A stretch of 63,667 nt of DNA, counting the filler, from Rhabdomonas costata (Eukaryota): NCBI GenBank assembly GCA_019059605.1. It is 34 parts of 34 records of this genome, joined end to end, with 100 filler letters (N's around TTAATTAATTAA, not from the genome) between each part and the next. Parts side by side here need not be neighbours in the genome. Positions count along the whole stretch, not along the records: positions 11,268 to 13,044 come from JAHMHO010009220.1; positions 13,145 to 14,921 come from JAHMHO010009221.1; positions 15,022 to 16,797 come from JAHMHO010009222.1; positions 16,898 to 18,673 come from JAHMHO010009223.1; positions 18,774 to 20,549 come from JAHMHO010009224.1; positions 20,650 to 22,425 come from JAHMHO010009225.1; positions 22,526 to 24,301 come from JAHMHO010009226.1; positions 24,402 to 26,177 come from JAHMHO010009227.1; 26 more parts are not named here. One strand, written 5' to 3'. This document shows, piece by piece, positions 11,168 to 24,900 of the stretch. The notes beneath the pieces were generated by a model. The model did no database searches and had not been told where the DNA came from. It worked only from the letters and a program-made list of their open reading frames with translations. The translations under genes were made by a program, and so were the position numbers. The number at the start of each line of letters is the position of its first letter. Positions within the stretch are counted from its first letter, which is position 1.

Positions 11168-13639
11168 NNNNNNNNNNNNNNNNNNNNNNNNNNNNNNNNN
11201 NNNNNNNNNNNTTAATTAATTAANNNNNNNNNNNNNNNNNNNNNNNNNNNNNNNNNNNNNNNNNNNNTGTGTGGTTTCTTTTTTGCTTGGTTTACTAATT
11301 TCGACAACCAATGACATCAGTAATTCAACCATACAGCACCAGCGTAAATCGCTGTTGTTTCCGCCGTGCGCACCTGGTAGACTATTGTCGTTAGCGTTGA
11401 CCTTGGTGTAGAAGACTCCAAATTGTTGTTCACTCACCCACCAAACCACCACCACCACATTTCACCACAAGTCAAGCACAGCACGTAACAAATAGATACA
11501 CGAACCAACTCAGCCTGTTTACTGTTAACTTTATTCTTTTTCATGTCAAGAAGATTCTCTGCCATCTACTAGCGCTTGTATTACCAAACGTCGTTCTTAT
11601 GGAACCGCGAAGACACCGCATGACCCACCGAACACACAAATGGTGAATTTCGTGAACTGATAAACCCAGAGTCTAGATCTTCTACCAGTGGTAACAAATT
11701 TGTATTTACAGTATCGTGAAAGCGGGCTAAGTTACCTTTTGACCTCTGCCTCCACCACGGGTAATTGGATTCCTCACCCCAACAACGGGCAGTAATGGTA
11801 TTGTGGGATGCAAACCTGTATCGATAGAATGGTAGTGTAAAGTTTTACCTCTGAATAGGGTAACCAGTTCAGCGACACCAAAGACTGTGACTACAGCGTT
11901 TTTTTCCAGTGCTCTTCTTTGAGATTCTCTGCGCATGCTCATTTGTGTTTTTCAGGAACTTCACGCCACTCCTGTACCACACTTAACACCATATATAACA
12001 CCATATATCATCCACCAGTAACTTCCAATAAATGGTCTTTTTACTGTCTCTTCCAGATCCAAATTTCTGTCTAAGCGTGCCTGTTAGCTGACACGCTTTT
12101 GTATACCACGAAAAGACCATAACGCATCGTCCATGCATCGAAGTGTTTGCGCTGGTTGATGTTGTTTTGTGCTTATCCCGAAAAAAGGTTCGCAACTCGC
12201 ATCTTGTGCATCAACTCTGCCTTAAATCCATCAGCCAAATAGCAATGACGTGTTGTAATACCCGCCGCACAAATATGTAAAGAGCTTTTACAAGACACAT
12301 CCAACGAATTGTATTTAGTAGGGTTGCGTTGTGCACTTCCGCTCGCTAGGTTTAAGTTGATTAAGCTTTCTCTTCGGGGGTGATTTTAAAATTTATTGGC
12401 CGCGGACAGAGGCGAGTCATCCCTGATCCGAGGTTCTTACACTGGCGTGCAGGAGATGCTCGATATACGTATCGGGAAATAAACGGGTTGTGTATTTTCT
12501 AAAGACTAATTTAGTGGATTTCTGTTAAATAAAATATGATTCTATGTTTTCCGTTGGACCTTTCATGGAACTAAAATCTTATATTAGTATTTTGTGGACA
12601 CCCATGGGTTTGGTGTATTTTACGGACCCATTGTTTGCCACACAGGACAGTTCATTAGCCCGTTGTGGATCATTTGTTTTTGGAACACTGCAATCCTACA
12701 GACGGAAAGAAAAGAAACAACGGCAGCGCTCCAGAGCAGTCTTTCAAAATGTACACAAAGCTGTACCGTCATCCCATGGAATATACAAGAATGTCGATTT
12801 GACGATGGAAGCCCGGAGTAGACAAATTCAAAGAAGATATCTTATATATAATATTTTTCCGGCGGAAGCAGGCAATTAACGTGGCCCTGGGATCAGACAG
12901 AAGAACTTGCATGAGGTTGTAGTGGTTTATGCGATCATTAGGACCAGGCAGACAAACTTGCAATGTGTCTAATGGTGAGGCACGCGCGCGCGGCCCGAGG
13001 AGGAGCCACATTGCAAGTTTGTCTGCCTGGTCCTAACAACCACANNNNNNNNNNNNNNNNNNNNNNNNNNNNNNNNNNNNNNNNNNNNTTAATTAATTAA
13101 NNNNNNNNNNNNNNNNNNNNNNNNNNNNNNNNNNNNNNNNNNNNTTGTGGGGGTCTATCCGGTCTTTGATGAGGTGCACGCTACTAGAGGGCAAAGGCGA
13201 AACCGGATATCAGGTCATAAAGGACAGGCCGTGCCATTCTGGATATTCCGTGCCAATGACTGCTCGGCTCGGAGAAATGATCTGACACATCGGATCCTAA
13301 GCCTATGGTTCCTGGACTTTATGCACAATCCGGTCCGCAACCAAACTCCAGTGCAACTCATTCTCTTTGTCCATATCGCGTCTCTAAACCTGGGTTTCAA
13401 CGCAGGTCACGGATGGCTCGCCAGAACTGCACACCTGCGGCGAGGAGATTTTGAGGATTATTTCAACTGATCGGACTTCATGATCCTCCGAAACGCTTAC
13501 CTGATCCTCGGTGGAGGACGCATATATCTCTAGCTGTTCCACCAGCTGTTCTAAGACCACTTAACAGGTTCAACTGGTGTGAGCCATAGTCCGCATACAC
13601 AGCGTATCAGAGACATCCCCTTGAGAATGCCATTGCGGC

Positions 13640-14260
13640 TAATTGTCCTAGTTTTCAACTGGAATACACTCCAGTGGGAAAACAGCGTATGATAATGTCG
13701 AGAACCCATTGGCAAGAGCAACCTGCTAGAGAGTCTTGAGGTTATTTTATGGTACTGCTCATATGTAAGTGCTCCAACACCCGAGGCAAAATGGAACATG
13801 TCGGAAATCAGGACTGACGTGTTCCAAGTAGCCAAAGAGTGCCCTTGTTCCTTGTCCAGTAGTTGAATATATATCCATATGCCGGGACCTTTCGTCCACT
13901 CCAGCCAGTGATCTCATGTCCAGGGATCCTGGTGCCTCTGTCTTCATGAAACATGAGGTTTGTGCTTGCAAAATGGCTACGGGAGTGAACGTTGTCGCTC
14001 GTCGAGTCAAAGGGACTCACAGCATTTGCCACAGCGTCTGGTTGTGCAGGAAGCCTGACTACAAAATTTGTTCCAGGCCTTGCAGGTGGTGAGGACTTGT
14101 GCTTGCGTGGGGCGTCTTGTTTCCATGGACAGTCATCTGGAAACGATGGCGAAGTGAGGCAGTTTTGTTGTTGTTGCCACTGGGCAAGAACGTGGCAAGT
14201 TTACCGGTGTGCAATGGGAGGCGACATACTGGGGCCGCCGTCTCATACAAAGGTCCTCCA
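13640..14260 (-). mobile_element. Highly decayed DIRS-like retroelement remnant (RNase H / methyltransferase-like region)
   Basis: Frameshifted fragments in the order seen in DIRS pol C-termini: PDAVANAVS (N..ADALS), HFASTN (DLFAS.N), IFNYW..TLW, FPTCSILPRVLEHL (FPPFSLIPRVL). Weak similarity, many stops. Confidence 0.3.
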
Positions 14261-15379
14261 CACACACAACGTGGGCTCCAATGTGAGCAATGTTGCATCA
14301 ATGGTGCGGATAAATTTGGCTGTTTGGTCAACTTCTTCCTATGGGATACACACATGAATTATCCTAAGTGGAAATACATGTTAACAAGGCAGCGCTGGGA
14401 CAAAGATAATTACACATACACACAATACTGGTGTCACACCCACATCCAGATGATTAGCATTCGCAGTTTGGAAAAAGCCCCCATGCACTGTGTGACGCGG
14501 CCTTGTCCTGATGAAACTTGTAACTGAGTGTACGTACACATCGCCGCTCTATTTCTTACTTCTGAAATGTGATGCGCATTGAATCCAGATATCACACAAT
14601 TTATTTAACAAATAAAACGCATCAGACTTTGACATGTGATGCGAATGACGATATAACACAGGTGATGTTTAATTTCCAAAAACTGTCGTTAGCGGTTGGC
14701 CATTGCCTGACCAACGGTTGTCGTCATGGCTTACTGGAGCATGAATGTTCATGCCACCAAGGTGTTTCTCATTTCCTTCCTACGGCAGAAGACATACGGA
14801 ACAAGTTTTTATTCATTTTGAGTAGTTTACAGATGGACTACATGTGAAGCGGAAACGGAACCATCAGGCAGAGATTTTATAGGAGTATCACAGGATTTTG
14901 TAGGAGTATTTACAACCAACCNNNNNNNNNNNNNNNNNNNNNNNNNNNNNNNNNNNNNNNNNNNNTTAATTAATTAANNNNNNNNNNNNNNNNNNNNNNN
15001 NNNNNNNNNNNNNNNNNNNNNGGTGGTGTGTGTGTGTGCGTGTGTGTGGAGGGGGTGTGAAAAGGATTATCTGAGATCACAGGAGGAGGAAGAGCTGAAG
15101 AGAGACCACTCAGCCCGCGGTGGAAAGTGCCATTGACGTTTCCCAGGAACCTCCGCCCAGCAGCCAACAGCAGAGGGTGATCCGTGACAACCGCCGGCCA
15201 GGGAGAGTATTTGGCCTGCTGGAGGTAGAAAAGACCTCCACCAAAGCCTTGTGCACGTTGTGTGTGTGTATGCGTGTTAAGTTTCCTTGAGAAATCCAGA
15301 AGGTGGCGGCCCTATTTTAGATGCTCCGTGAGGCTCAGGTAACCTCGCGGGACCCGAAAGCTCGAAAGGCATATAGCGT

Positions 15380-16450
15380 GAGCCCTGGAGCAGGGCGAAG
15401 AGGGGGAATACCCGAGCCCACCGAAAGTGTGGGCTGTTTAAAGTGATCTCGCGGCCAAGCGGTATGGAATAGACCCAACAAATGGTGTGGTCATGCCTGT
15501 TCTGGACGGGCTGTGATCGACCAGTTGGTTCCGCACGGACTCGAAGTACGCCACAACGCCCGTTATTGTGACCGCCGTATACTGCACCACGGATGCTCTG
15601 AAGCCCTGTTCTTTGGCCGGCATGACCACGGCGATGCGCAAACCCATGGACACGTGTGCTTCGCAAAAGTGTCTGGGAAACATCTTAGATTTGACGACGA
15701 CCGCACTTTACAAGGCGCATGATGCCAGCAATACTTTGCGTATTCATTTGGCACTGTAGCTCTACTACCTACCACAGACGGCCAGAAGCGGAATAAACAC
15801 ACAGAGATACACCAGAAATCATCCACCAGTTCTGTCAAATGTTGGAACGTCACGCAAACCACAACTGCTATCCTGCTATCCAGTTTCTGTGATTGATCTT
15901 TGCTAGCAATATGCACGCCAATCGGATTTATTTTCTGAAATCATGTCTTCATGTCATCGATTACCAGCAGCTTATATCTCAAACCTGAACCGCCAGCCTC
16001 ATGGGGTACACAGTTTTTTGCATTTCCATCATGTGTCGTCACCTGCGAGTTCAGGTCTGGATTGCTTGATGTGCACCCACAAGAACCATGCAGTTGGGTG
16101 AAAACCAATGCTGGGACGTGAAATTTGTCGAGCAGCAGACAACAGGTAGACAATCGCAACAACATGTTTTAGTACGTTTATAACCACAAGATTTTTTCAA
16201 CGTGTCCAGCGTGTTTTACTAGTCCTACACCTCTAATTATTCTCTTCTTTGCATCTTGTGACTGGAGTGGGTTGTTTTTTGGGAAGAAAAATACTTCTAT
16301 AATTGCAGTGCTCACACACAGCAGCGAGCGCAGATGCTGATCCCGTTGCGAGATGAAGTGTCGTCACGTCCGCGCAACAACGCTCCGTTGCCTTCCGTGG
16401 AAGCCCATAATGTTCTCTTACTGAAAAACCGAAGCATATCATTACCATCT
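15380..16450 (-). mobile_element. Possible decayed non-LTR (LINE) reverse transcriptase remnant
   Basis: Scattered fragments EHYGLP, IIRGV, LVDD and TFGGLGY occur in RT order but in broken frames. Confidence 0.25.
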
Positions 16451-16897
16451 CAATCGTTACATTTCCTCACCATCACTGAGCCACTCTAATTTGCTTCAGG
16501 TTTTCCAGAGTCACGTTTTACGCTTTAGTGCAACTATCATCTGTTGTGGCCATGTGTTGCAAAGAGTACACTGTACTCTTTTATGTCTCCGTGGAATGGC
16601 GTTTCTTCCATCAATACTGTGTGCTTAAGCGCTATAAAAGAGGTTGAATTTACTTCCACAACGACGCACTACGGAGTGTTGATGCAAGTTATTGAAGTTT
16701 TCGAATGTGACCATGATATACACAGCCAATCACGGGGTAGTGTTTTGCAAAAAAAAAAACTACTGTCTGATCCCCCACTTATAATTTATGCACACAANNN
16801 NNNNNNNNNNNNNNNNNNNNNNNNNNNNNNNNNNNNNNNNNTTAATTAATTAANNNNNNNNNNNNNNNNNNNNNNNNNNNNNNNNNNNNNNNNNNNN

Positions 16898-18330
16898 GGG
16901 GGTTGTGGACAGGCAATTACCGATTCGGAAAACCAAGTCACCACAGGACCAGGGCCAAGCCGAAGCCTCTCGTTATTCCCGCTGACCTCCGTCACCGACA
17001 CCGTGAGCCCATAGGGGTAAGCAGCATTCAGGTGAGTGGGGCTGAGTGGAGTAAAGCTGATAGTCTTGCGCACCGCGTTCGCCAGCAGCCGTGCGCTGTC
17101 GCGGAGTTGCCTCTGGCGGTGCTCCTCGGCGAGCTCCTGCACAACTTCGTCCAAGGCTTCACCCTTGAGAAACGCCCGGCCGCGGGAACCGTTAAGGTGA
17201 CATAAAGAGTGGGTTTGCTCTGCTGACAGCTGTGGGATGCAACCTAAAATCCCGGCTTCAAAAACATAAAACCTGAAGGGTTAGAACAAGGTCCTCTGAC
17301 CTTGTTTCCAAATCACAACAAAAGAAAACGAGTACGACATGCAGGGGACGTGGGGCGGAAACTGCTGCACACCTCAAGTGAACGGCATGAAATCTGGTAC
17401 TGCAGTGTGGCCACAGAGTAGCTCGTGAACAGCACCATCTCCTCCGCCGTCAGCGGGCGTCCCATTTGCTTCGCAAGGGGGAGCAGAGCCGTCGGGACTA
17501 GGCCTTCGGCCATCACTTTGCGCTTCTCAGAGGCCTGCAGAACAACCTTGAGCTCGGCCAAGGTCTGTTCCGGGTTGACTCCTGTTGGGGCGGAACATGG
17601 TAGGCGTGGAAGAAGGAGGAAAAATGGGTGCAGACGAGGGCCTGTTGTATTTTCTGTGCCCGGTGGGGGCGGGGCGCTTGCTTCATCACCCCTCCATTTA
17701 GGGGTAGCTCACATACAGCTAATATCTTCCAATCATTCCCCTAAAAAGAGTACCGCCAATAAAAATAGCCACCCAACCGGTCGTTTTGCCACGAATTGCT
17801 TAGCAGTAACAACCGCTGCCACATCCCCCGCTCCGCCAGCTGTCCCACTGGTCCGACAAAGGACGGCAACGAAAGCTAAACGACTTTTGTACTACCATAA
17901 CCACACAGAATTGAAACTCAAATCTAAAAGCAGTCATCCTGCCATAAAAAGCGAGAAGCCGCGCTGCACGCCCAGTCAGTTCATAGTTCCAAAAAACAAA
18001 GAAAGCGTCCGTCCAAAAAGCAAAAGTGCACGGCTCACACAACCATGAGAAAGGCTCACGCCTGAGAGCTGCCCAACCCCTATGACACCCTGGCCCTCTG
18101 CATGCGCCCACCGGGATCTGTCTACTATCTATTGCATGGGGCTCCCACCCCGACTGTCCGCTATAGGCCTGAAACGGAAAAAATCTCATTCGTCCCTCGG
18201 ATGCTACACCTTGCGCAAGGTCGGCGTTCACCTTCGCCATCCCCTGCGCAGAGAGACGCCGCAGCAGCTCCACCTCCTCCGCAACGAGCTCCCGCTCGAG
18301 AACCTCGGAGAAAGTCTCAGTCAGCGCCAT
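16898..18330 (-). CDS. Three-exon gene 5' part, unknown helical protein (MALTETFSEVLERELVAEE..)
   Basis: Exons 18210-18330, 17373-17581 and 16898-17163 joined by GT-AG introns with consistent phases. Confidence 0.65.
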
Positions 18331-18773
18331 GAAGTGGCTCCGTACAAATCCGTGCAGGAAGTGCCGAGAAAAGGATTGAAAAAAGCACAGAAATTCAGAT
18401 ACAGGGTAGCACAGATACGGGAAAACACGAAAATTTGACAGGGGGGAAGCGCCTGATACAAAGAAGTGCAATGAAAATCGTCGAGGAGAGAACCTTTACA
18501 AACTGCTCGTGAAGGACTCGAAGTTATGATCGGCAGACCTTGTGCACCGACGCGGCTCACGAAGAGCACAAAAACGCTGGCACAGCAGCCCATCACATAA
18601 AGGGACGCACCACCAAAATGGGTGGAACATAAAATGTTCCAGTTCCACTTCATTGGGACCCCAATCGCACCCANNNNNNNNNNNNNNNNNNNNNNNNNNN
18701 NNNNNNNNNNNNNNNNNTTAATTAATTAANNNNNNNNNNNNNNNNNNNNNNNNNNNNNNNNNNNNNNNNNNNN

Positions 18774-20486
18774 GTTGGTTGGTGATGTACCTTCTCAGGG
18801 GCTCCAGGAAGCCCCATGGGCCCGGGGGAGGCGTGATCCCCGTTTGCACGGCGTAGTAGGTACTGTTGTAGGCCCACTTTAGGTCATGCAGCCCGTACTG
18901 CACGGCAAAAACAAGGGCAAAAACTAAACTAAGGAATACCCGTGGACCTCAGCCTCAGGTTCCACAGGACACAAAGGGCAGGAACTGAACAGCTGTCGAA
19001 ATCAGGAGCTGCCAGGTGATGGATGCACCTGAAGGCGAATTCCCCCACGCATCAGATTCTCACAGTCATCACCCTCGCTCGAGAAACTGAACGTGCACTT
19101 CTGCAGCAGAGGAGTCCCATACTGAAGTTATTTCCGGGGAAAGGGTCCACGTCATATTGTTCGTGGAGGGCCCGTGTTAAAGGATACGTCTTATGCTCTT
19201 GTTTCAGAAGGAATGGGTTCTCTTGAGTCCATCGTTCATATGTGGAAATGCTCGCTTGTCCCGAGCCCCTTGGAAAAAGGCACGCCCAGTTTCATCCTCC
19301 GCAACCGATTGTCAGCCCGTACCCCTAAAAGCCACATTCCTGAAGGCCCCTCCGCCAGTTTCCCTCTCCGCGCATCACCTGAAGCACCACCACGTCGTGG
19401 CTACCGAGAGTGCCCGCGGCCCTCATCCCACTGAGGATTGCGGTTCCGTCGGACAGCAGGTGGCCGCCGTGGTACTGCACCTTGCCCACCCTCTGTGCGC
19501 TGAGATTGTGCTTGGGGAAGGGTAGGCCACACCGCCCCAGTACGCGGCGATAGAGCGACAGCGTTGGGGGGGGGGGGAGGTAGGGCAGCCTCTAGCGGGG
19601 AGAAATTCACGGTGAAAAATGCAGCGTGCCGAGTTTTCCGGCCATTACCTCGCTTGACCATCGTCTGCACACCCTTTTTTTCTGCAGCAACTGAGACCTG
19701 AAGGTTTTCCTTCCTTCTGTCCGTTCTCCTTTGCGTGTTTTTTTTTCACACGTGACTATGCGACAAATATTTGCTTCTCCGCTCCTCCGCTCCTCCGAAT
19801 ACCTGTGAAATAAGCAAACGCAAGGAAGAGTTCACATGAAAAGGCAGAATGAAAATGGACCTCTATGCAGAGTCAGAGCACTTTTCTTTGACACAAGGTA
19901 CGCCTGAAAACTGACGCCGACGTCAGAAAATGAGAAATTGGTTTGTGGGCGAGCCGTTTTCCCAAAAAAGGTCGACCCTCGTAGGTCCCCCTCTCCTCAC
20001 AGTACAAGCGTAATTTTGCCGTTTTTGTTTCAAATGTTCACTGTTTCGAGTTTCTTTGAGAAGCGTTCGCTGCTCAACCGGCAGTGCTGGTGAATAGCGC
20101 GCGCTACTCGAAGGCTGAATAGCATATGGTGAAACATTCTAAGCCCCAGTACTGCTCTCTCTTTCCCCTCTTTGGCCCACCGTCAAAGTTGACCCGAAAG
20201 AGACCCTCCATAAAAGAAAAACGAGAGCAGTGCTGTCGCCCAGGAACAGAATATGGCGGGCCCGGAGGTGAGCGTGGTGGATCTGTGCGGTGGTAGCGCG
20301 ACGGAAGGTGCAGTTAAACCGCTGCCACTGCTGGGACAGGCCAGCCCACAGGGCCAGCCCGGCACGGCCTGAGGGCCGGGGGTGGGCCAGGACGCCTGCA
20401 TGGGTGACACACCATGGGAAGGACAGCGCACCGCAGCCATGCAGCAGCCCACACAGAGCCAGAGCGTACACCCATCCACGGCACAT
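18774..20486 (-). CDS. Secreted SGNH/GDSL-type (PC-esterase-like) acyl esterase/transferase, 5' part
   Basis: Exons 20223-20486, 19379-19591 and 18774-18897 (phase-0 GT-AG introns). Signal-peptide-like N-terminus, HILFLGDSTALRL (GDS block I) and DVVVLQYGLHDL (block III-like). Confidence 0.75.
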
Positions 20487-20742
20487 GTACAGAGAGCAAG
20501 GCGACCCGAGTGAGAGAGAATAAAACGGATTCAATCACTTAGAAACCAANNNNNNNNNNNNNNNNNNNNNNNNNNNNNNNNNNNNNNNNNNNNTTAATTA
20601 ATTAANNNNNNNNNNNNNNNNNNNNNNNNNNNNNNNNNNNNNNNNNNNNGGTGTTGTGTGGATATGGAGACGAAAACCGACAGTCGGTGATATCAAAAAA
20701 ACGTTTCTTCTGCCCAAACTCACTAAACGCACAAGGGCTCAC

Positions 20743-21643
20743 CGCAAAGGAGTGAATGGTGATTCCCCCAATGTTCAGCGCAGCAATGCCGGTTGGAGCG
20801 GTCACAAAAGTCTTCTTCTTCATCTCCCGCAAGCTCCGAATGATCTCTTTCAACACAAAGCTCTTCCCCGTCCCCGCTGCACCTGCACACCACAGAGGGA
20901 TGACTCAAGGAGGAAGACGCCCCCTATTGCTTTTTCTTCTTGCCTCGTATCCGCGCTTGAGTGAGAAGAAAGAGCAACCATCACGGAAAAAGGAAAACGT
21001 GCCATCTCTTCCTGAAACCTGCAGCAATCTAATTTCCTATTGCTTCTCTCCCTCTTTCGCGTTATTTATGCAGCAAATGGTAGCATGACATGATGAGTGC
21101 AATAAATCCCTTAAAATGCAAAAAAAAATTTGAATACACGATAATTGAATACACGAATCCACGAAAGGGTTACGAAAGAGCCGCCAAGGGGCACCACCGG
21201 CCAAGGGTGAAAGGTCGGGACTCTCCTGACCCCAAGGACCGGCCATGCAGCGTTTCGGGAGTCCTGCTGTATATACAAAAGACCCCAGGCCTGCTTTGGC
21301 TTAGCCCTCCTTACACACTGAAATGAAAAAAATACTCGATCAAAAAAATGATTGTACTACGGTTCCGTCGGCTTTGAAAGCAGAGGAAAAACCAAAAAGG
21401 AGCCCTGAAAAATCCGAGAACACAAAATCCGCGCCAGAGCTGCTCTTTAATTCAAGCTGATTTCACTGACCAGTATAAAAGATGCTTTTCCCCGACAGCG
21501 CGGCGTCCAGCACGATTCGCTGGGAATTGGAGAGCAGTCTCCGCCGGCGGGAGACTTCGGTATTGTCCACCAGAGCACATTGAAGTCCAGCAGCAAGAGG
21601 CTGGGCTGGCGGCGCAACATCAGAACTCTCACCGCGGCCAGAC
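20743..21643 (-). CDS. PIF1: PIF1-family 5'-3' DNA helicase, internal exons
   Basis: Exons 21471-21643 and 20743-20882 splice to LSNSQRIVLDAALSGKSIFYTG|AAGTGKSFVL..VTAPTGIAALNIGGITIHSFA (motifs I, Ia, Ib). Further upstream exons are likely up to about 22420. Confidence 0.93.
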
Positions 21644-24151
21644 CTTGACATTTAAAAGCAATTTGACACAGACTAAACCGTAAACTGAGACCACGACGGA
21701 TGCGAAAAAAACCACAGGCATAAATATAATGGCTAAAACGAAAAGCCTGTGAAAAGCCGAGTTCCATGAACATAAACAGGTCTGTTTTCACCTGATGAAG
21801 ACTCGATTTTGCTTTTCTGGGGTGTTTCTTACCCCTTCAGCAGAGTTGCCGTGAGTTTTCGGGTCAACAGCTGTTTTTCGAGGCGGGCACCGAAACGTCA
21901 AAAAGTGATGGGAACACATAATGCAGTGCAAGATATTTCAAAAAGCCTCCGCGTCTTCGGCGCGGATAGCCAGTGTTTATCAAATAATGTTTATTACATA
22001 ATTGCGCACACACGAACGCAGGCAGCACAGGCATGATAAATGATTTCAAGACAGGACTCACTCTCACGAATTCAGGGAGGGGTCATGACTCAAAGCACCA
22101 ATGCCGGGAGCAGGAAAGGAAGCGAATAGAGGGATGAATCGGAATCGGCCGGATGAATCGATACCCTGGATCTGGCGCTGCTGGAGAGGACGATGACACG
22201 CTCCGAATGCCGTTTTCAAAGCTGGGCCCCGGGTCCACAACAATACCTAAAGAGCCCAGACAATTCTCCAAGTCGGCACGACAGGTAAGCAGCAGGCCCC
22301 CCGCAGAGCATTTCAGCGGAACAACGCAAACCTGTGATGAAGACAGGTTGCTTCTGCAAAACTGAGGATTGTTCAGCGAAGACACCAAGGGGCAATTCAG
22401 CCACTTTCCTCTCATCCCACCACACNNNNNNNNNNNNNNNNNNNNNNNNNNNNNNNNNNNNNNNNNNNNTTAATTAATTAANNNNNNNNNNNNNNNNNNN
22501 NNNNNNNNNNNNNNNNNNNNNNNNNGGTTTTTCGGCGGAGTCAATTTGACAATTCCGGTTCTTTGAATTAATGTTAATCAAAAGCGGTTTTCCCGATCGC
22601 ATGCTGAATTGATGACTCAAGCAGTCTTCATTATGAGTAACTTGTAATTAAACAAAAACATATCCCCCTTATGTTGGCACTGACTCAGGGGATGATTTAA
22701 TATAAGTGAACGCGTGCTTTTGTCGGACGTAACAAAGTGTTTTATAAATAGTCAATTTCATCCATGAGCAGAGAACGCTTCCACCAGCTGCCCAAAACTT
22801 CCCTTTTCTTTTTTAGCTTCCTCTTCCATTTCTGTTTTCTATTTTTCCGCTTTTTTTCTAGCTTCCGTTTTTCCCCTTCCCTGAATTCGATTCTTTAAGG
22901 AAAGTTTGAGATTCAGTATTTCCGTAGCTTGTCTTTCTTGGATTCCGTCCTTCGTTGCATTTTGTCCTTTTTTTTTTGCCTTTTGTCATTTTTCGAATCA
23001 TTTCCTTAATGGCTTTTTTAGAGCTTCTTGAATTCCACATTTTTTCTCCGGCATATCGGCCATTATTTTGGAGAAAAACCGGGCGATTTGGGAAACTGGG
23101 GTTCCTCCGGGAAAGGTTTTACCTGTGGGTATGATTTCCAAAAGTCCCTGAATTATGTCCTTCCCCCGCCCATTCCTTTATTGGATTTTGGGCCGTTTTC
23201 ATTTGGCTGGGTATTCGGGCTTCTTGATGTCGGCCGGGCCCATCCCAACCGGCACCTCGACGGCGCCGTCCAGGAAAGGGACGCGGGCGAAAAGAGCCTG
23301 GATAAAAAGAGGTGCTGGGAACAAATCGGGGAAGCGATCGTTGGGAAGCGATCGGTGGCAGAGGGTAGGGCATAAAAAGGGGGCGCGTGGCGCCGCAAGC
23401 AGCGAGAAAAGACCAAAGCACACCACGGCAACGCACCGCGAGAAGACACAAGCCGGAAAGATGAAGCACAAAAAAACAGGCACGCCAAGAGAGTGCACCA
23501 GCTTTTACAAGGGGGGCGCCCGGCCGAATTGATGCGCAGGTCTGCCGGAGGCAAAAACAGAAACAATGCAGCCGGAAGTCCGAAAGGAATCCAGGGGGAA
23601 GGTCCAGCGAAGGTCCGGGCACGGAGAGGACGAGTTAAATAAACGGTCCGCCCGTGCTGGGAATCGCTCGGTGCATTTGCTCCGCCCGGACGTTCGGGCC
23701 GGGCATATTCTTATGGGAAACATGGTGGGAACGGGAATTTTGAACGGGAAGCAAAAGGGCGAAAATTTCTAGCAGTTTCCGTTTAGGATCTTTTCCGGCC
23801 TTCGTTCTTCGGGAGGCTAGTCATTCTGCCTCTACCTTGACGGCCTTGGTCCACCCATACCGCCGCCGATGGCGGGGAAGGTGAGCAGTGCGTCACCTCC
23901 CGACTGCGAAAATGCCAGTTTGTTTAACCTCGTGGGCGGAAAGCTCCTTTTCAGGGTGGGTTGGCCCCGCAGTCCTGTAGACATGTGATGGACGAGTGGG
24001 ACGGCAGCCTTGGTTCTTGGAACGTCCATGCTTGAACCCAACCTGGCAGCCCAAGGCCAAAAGGCAGGTGAGGCACCAGGAAGCTGAACCAGCACAAGTA
24101 GTCACAAACAAACAGCACCGAGCAAAGTGACAAGCATGGATCGACCGATCA

Positions 24152-24301
24152 TCACTTCGCCGCGGGCTTGGACTTGGCCTCCTTCGGCTTGGCCTCCTTC
24201 GGCTTGGGCTTAGCCTCCTTCGGCTTGGGGGCGTCAGCCTTGGGCTTGGCATCCTTGGGCTTCGGCTTGGCATCCTTGGGCTTCGGCTTGGCATCCTTGG
24301 G
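24152..24301 (-). CDS. C-terminus of a Lys/Pro/Ala-rich repeat protein (histone H1-like or ribosomal-protein tail)
   Basis: PKDAKPKPKDAKPKPKDAKPKADAPKPKEAKPKPKEAKPKEAKSKPAAK-TGA with strong AAG/GCC/CCS codon bias. This frame is not in the ORF track. Confidence 0.65.
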   Translation of the reverse strand, partial: PKDAKPKPKDAKPKPKDAKPKADAPKPKEAKPKPKEAKPKEAKSKPAAK

Positions 24302-24401
24302 NNNNNNNNNNNNNNNNNNNNNNNNNNNNNNNNNNNNNNNNNNNNTTAATTAATTAANNNNNNNNNNNNNNNNNNNNNNNNNNNNNNNNNNNNNNNNNNN
24401 N

Positions 24402-24900
24402 GTGGGGTATCTCTTTGGGAGGCCCCCCTCCGATGGGCACTGGCCGGCTCGGGTCTATTTGCGCCTGTGCGTTGGGAAGAGAAAACACGGTTGCCCCACA
24501 TCTTGTTGTTGGCCAGCGATAATTCGCCTGCTGGGCGGAGATCCTGGGGAAACCTCACTGGCGCATTAGAGCCCAACCTTCACACTTGGACCTGCTCTAT
24601 CCCCGGAACGGACTCCCGGCCTGAGTGCACCTCACCAGGCCATTGATCCTCACATCCGTAGGGAAGACTGTGTGACTCTAGCCTTAAGGTCAATCTCCCA
24701 GAAAGTTATACTCAATCTTTTGCAATCAAGCTGCCCAGGGCCATGCTCTGGGTGTGAACATTTGTGCCGGGGGCCTCCAGGACCCCGTGCAGCTGCCCAC
24801 AGCGTTACGGGAGGGCCTTGGCCTGTGAGGGGCTGTTGGCCCCCCGTTTCGGAAGATTGCTCGGGGTGGACACCATCGGGACCTCTGTGCGGTGGACACT
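24402..24900 (+). mobile_element. Decayed DIRS-like element remnant (RNase H and downstream motif)
   Basis: GVSLWEAPLRWAL..HILLLASDNS (RNase H E..DN) and, in another frame, PPFRKIAR (PPF..I.R). Broken by stops and frameshifts. Confidence 0.3.

Noticed and set aside
12938-13036. 30-bp perfect inverted repeat (hairpin or TIR)
   Set aside because: The second arm abuts the contig end; typical fold-back amplification chimera.
20743-21643. PIF1 helicase as the helicase half of the Helitron
   Set aside because: It is on a different, unlinked contig, with intact spliced exons and no Rep domain upstream; it looks like a cellular PIF1.
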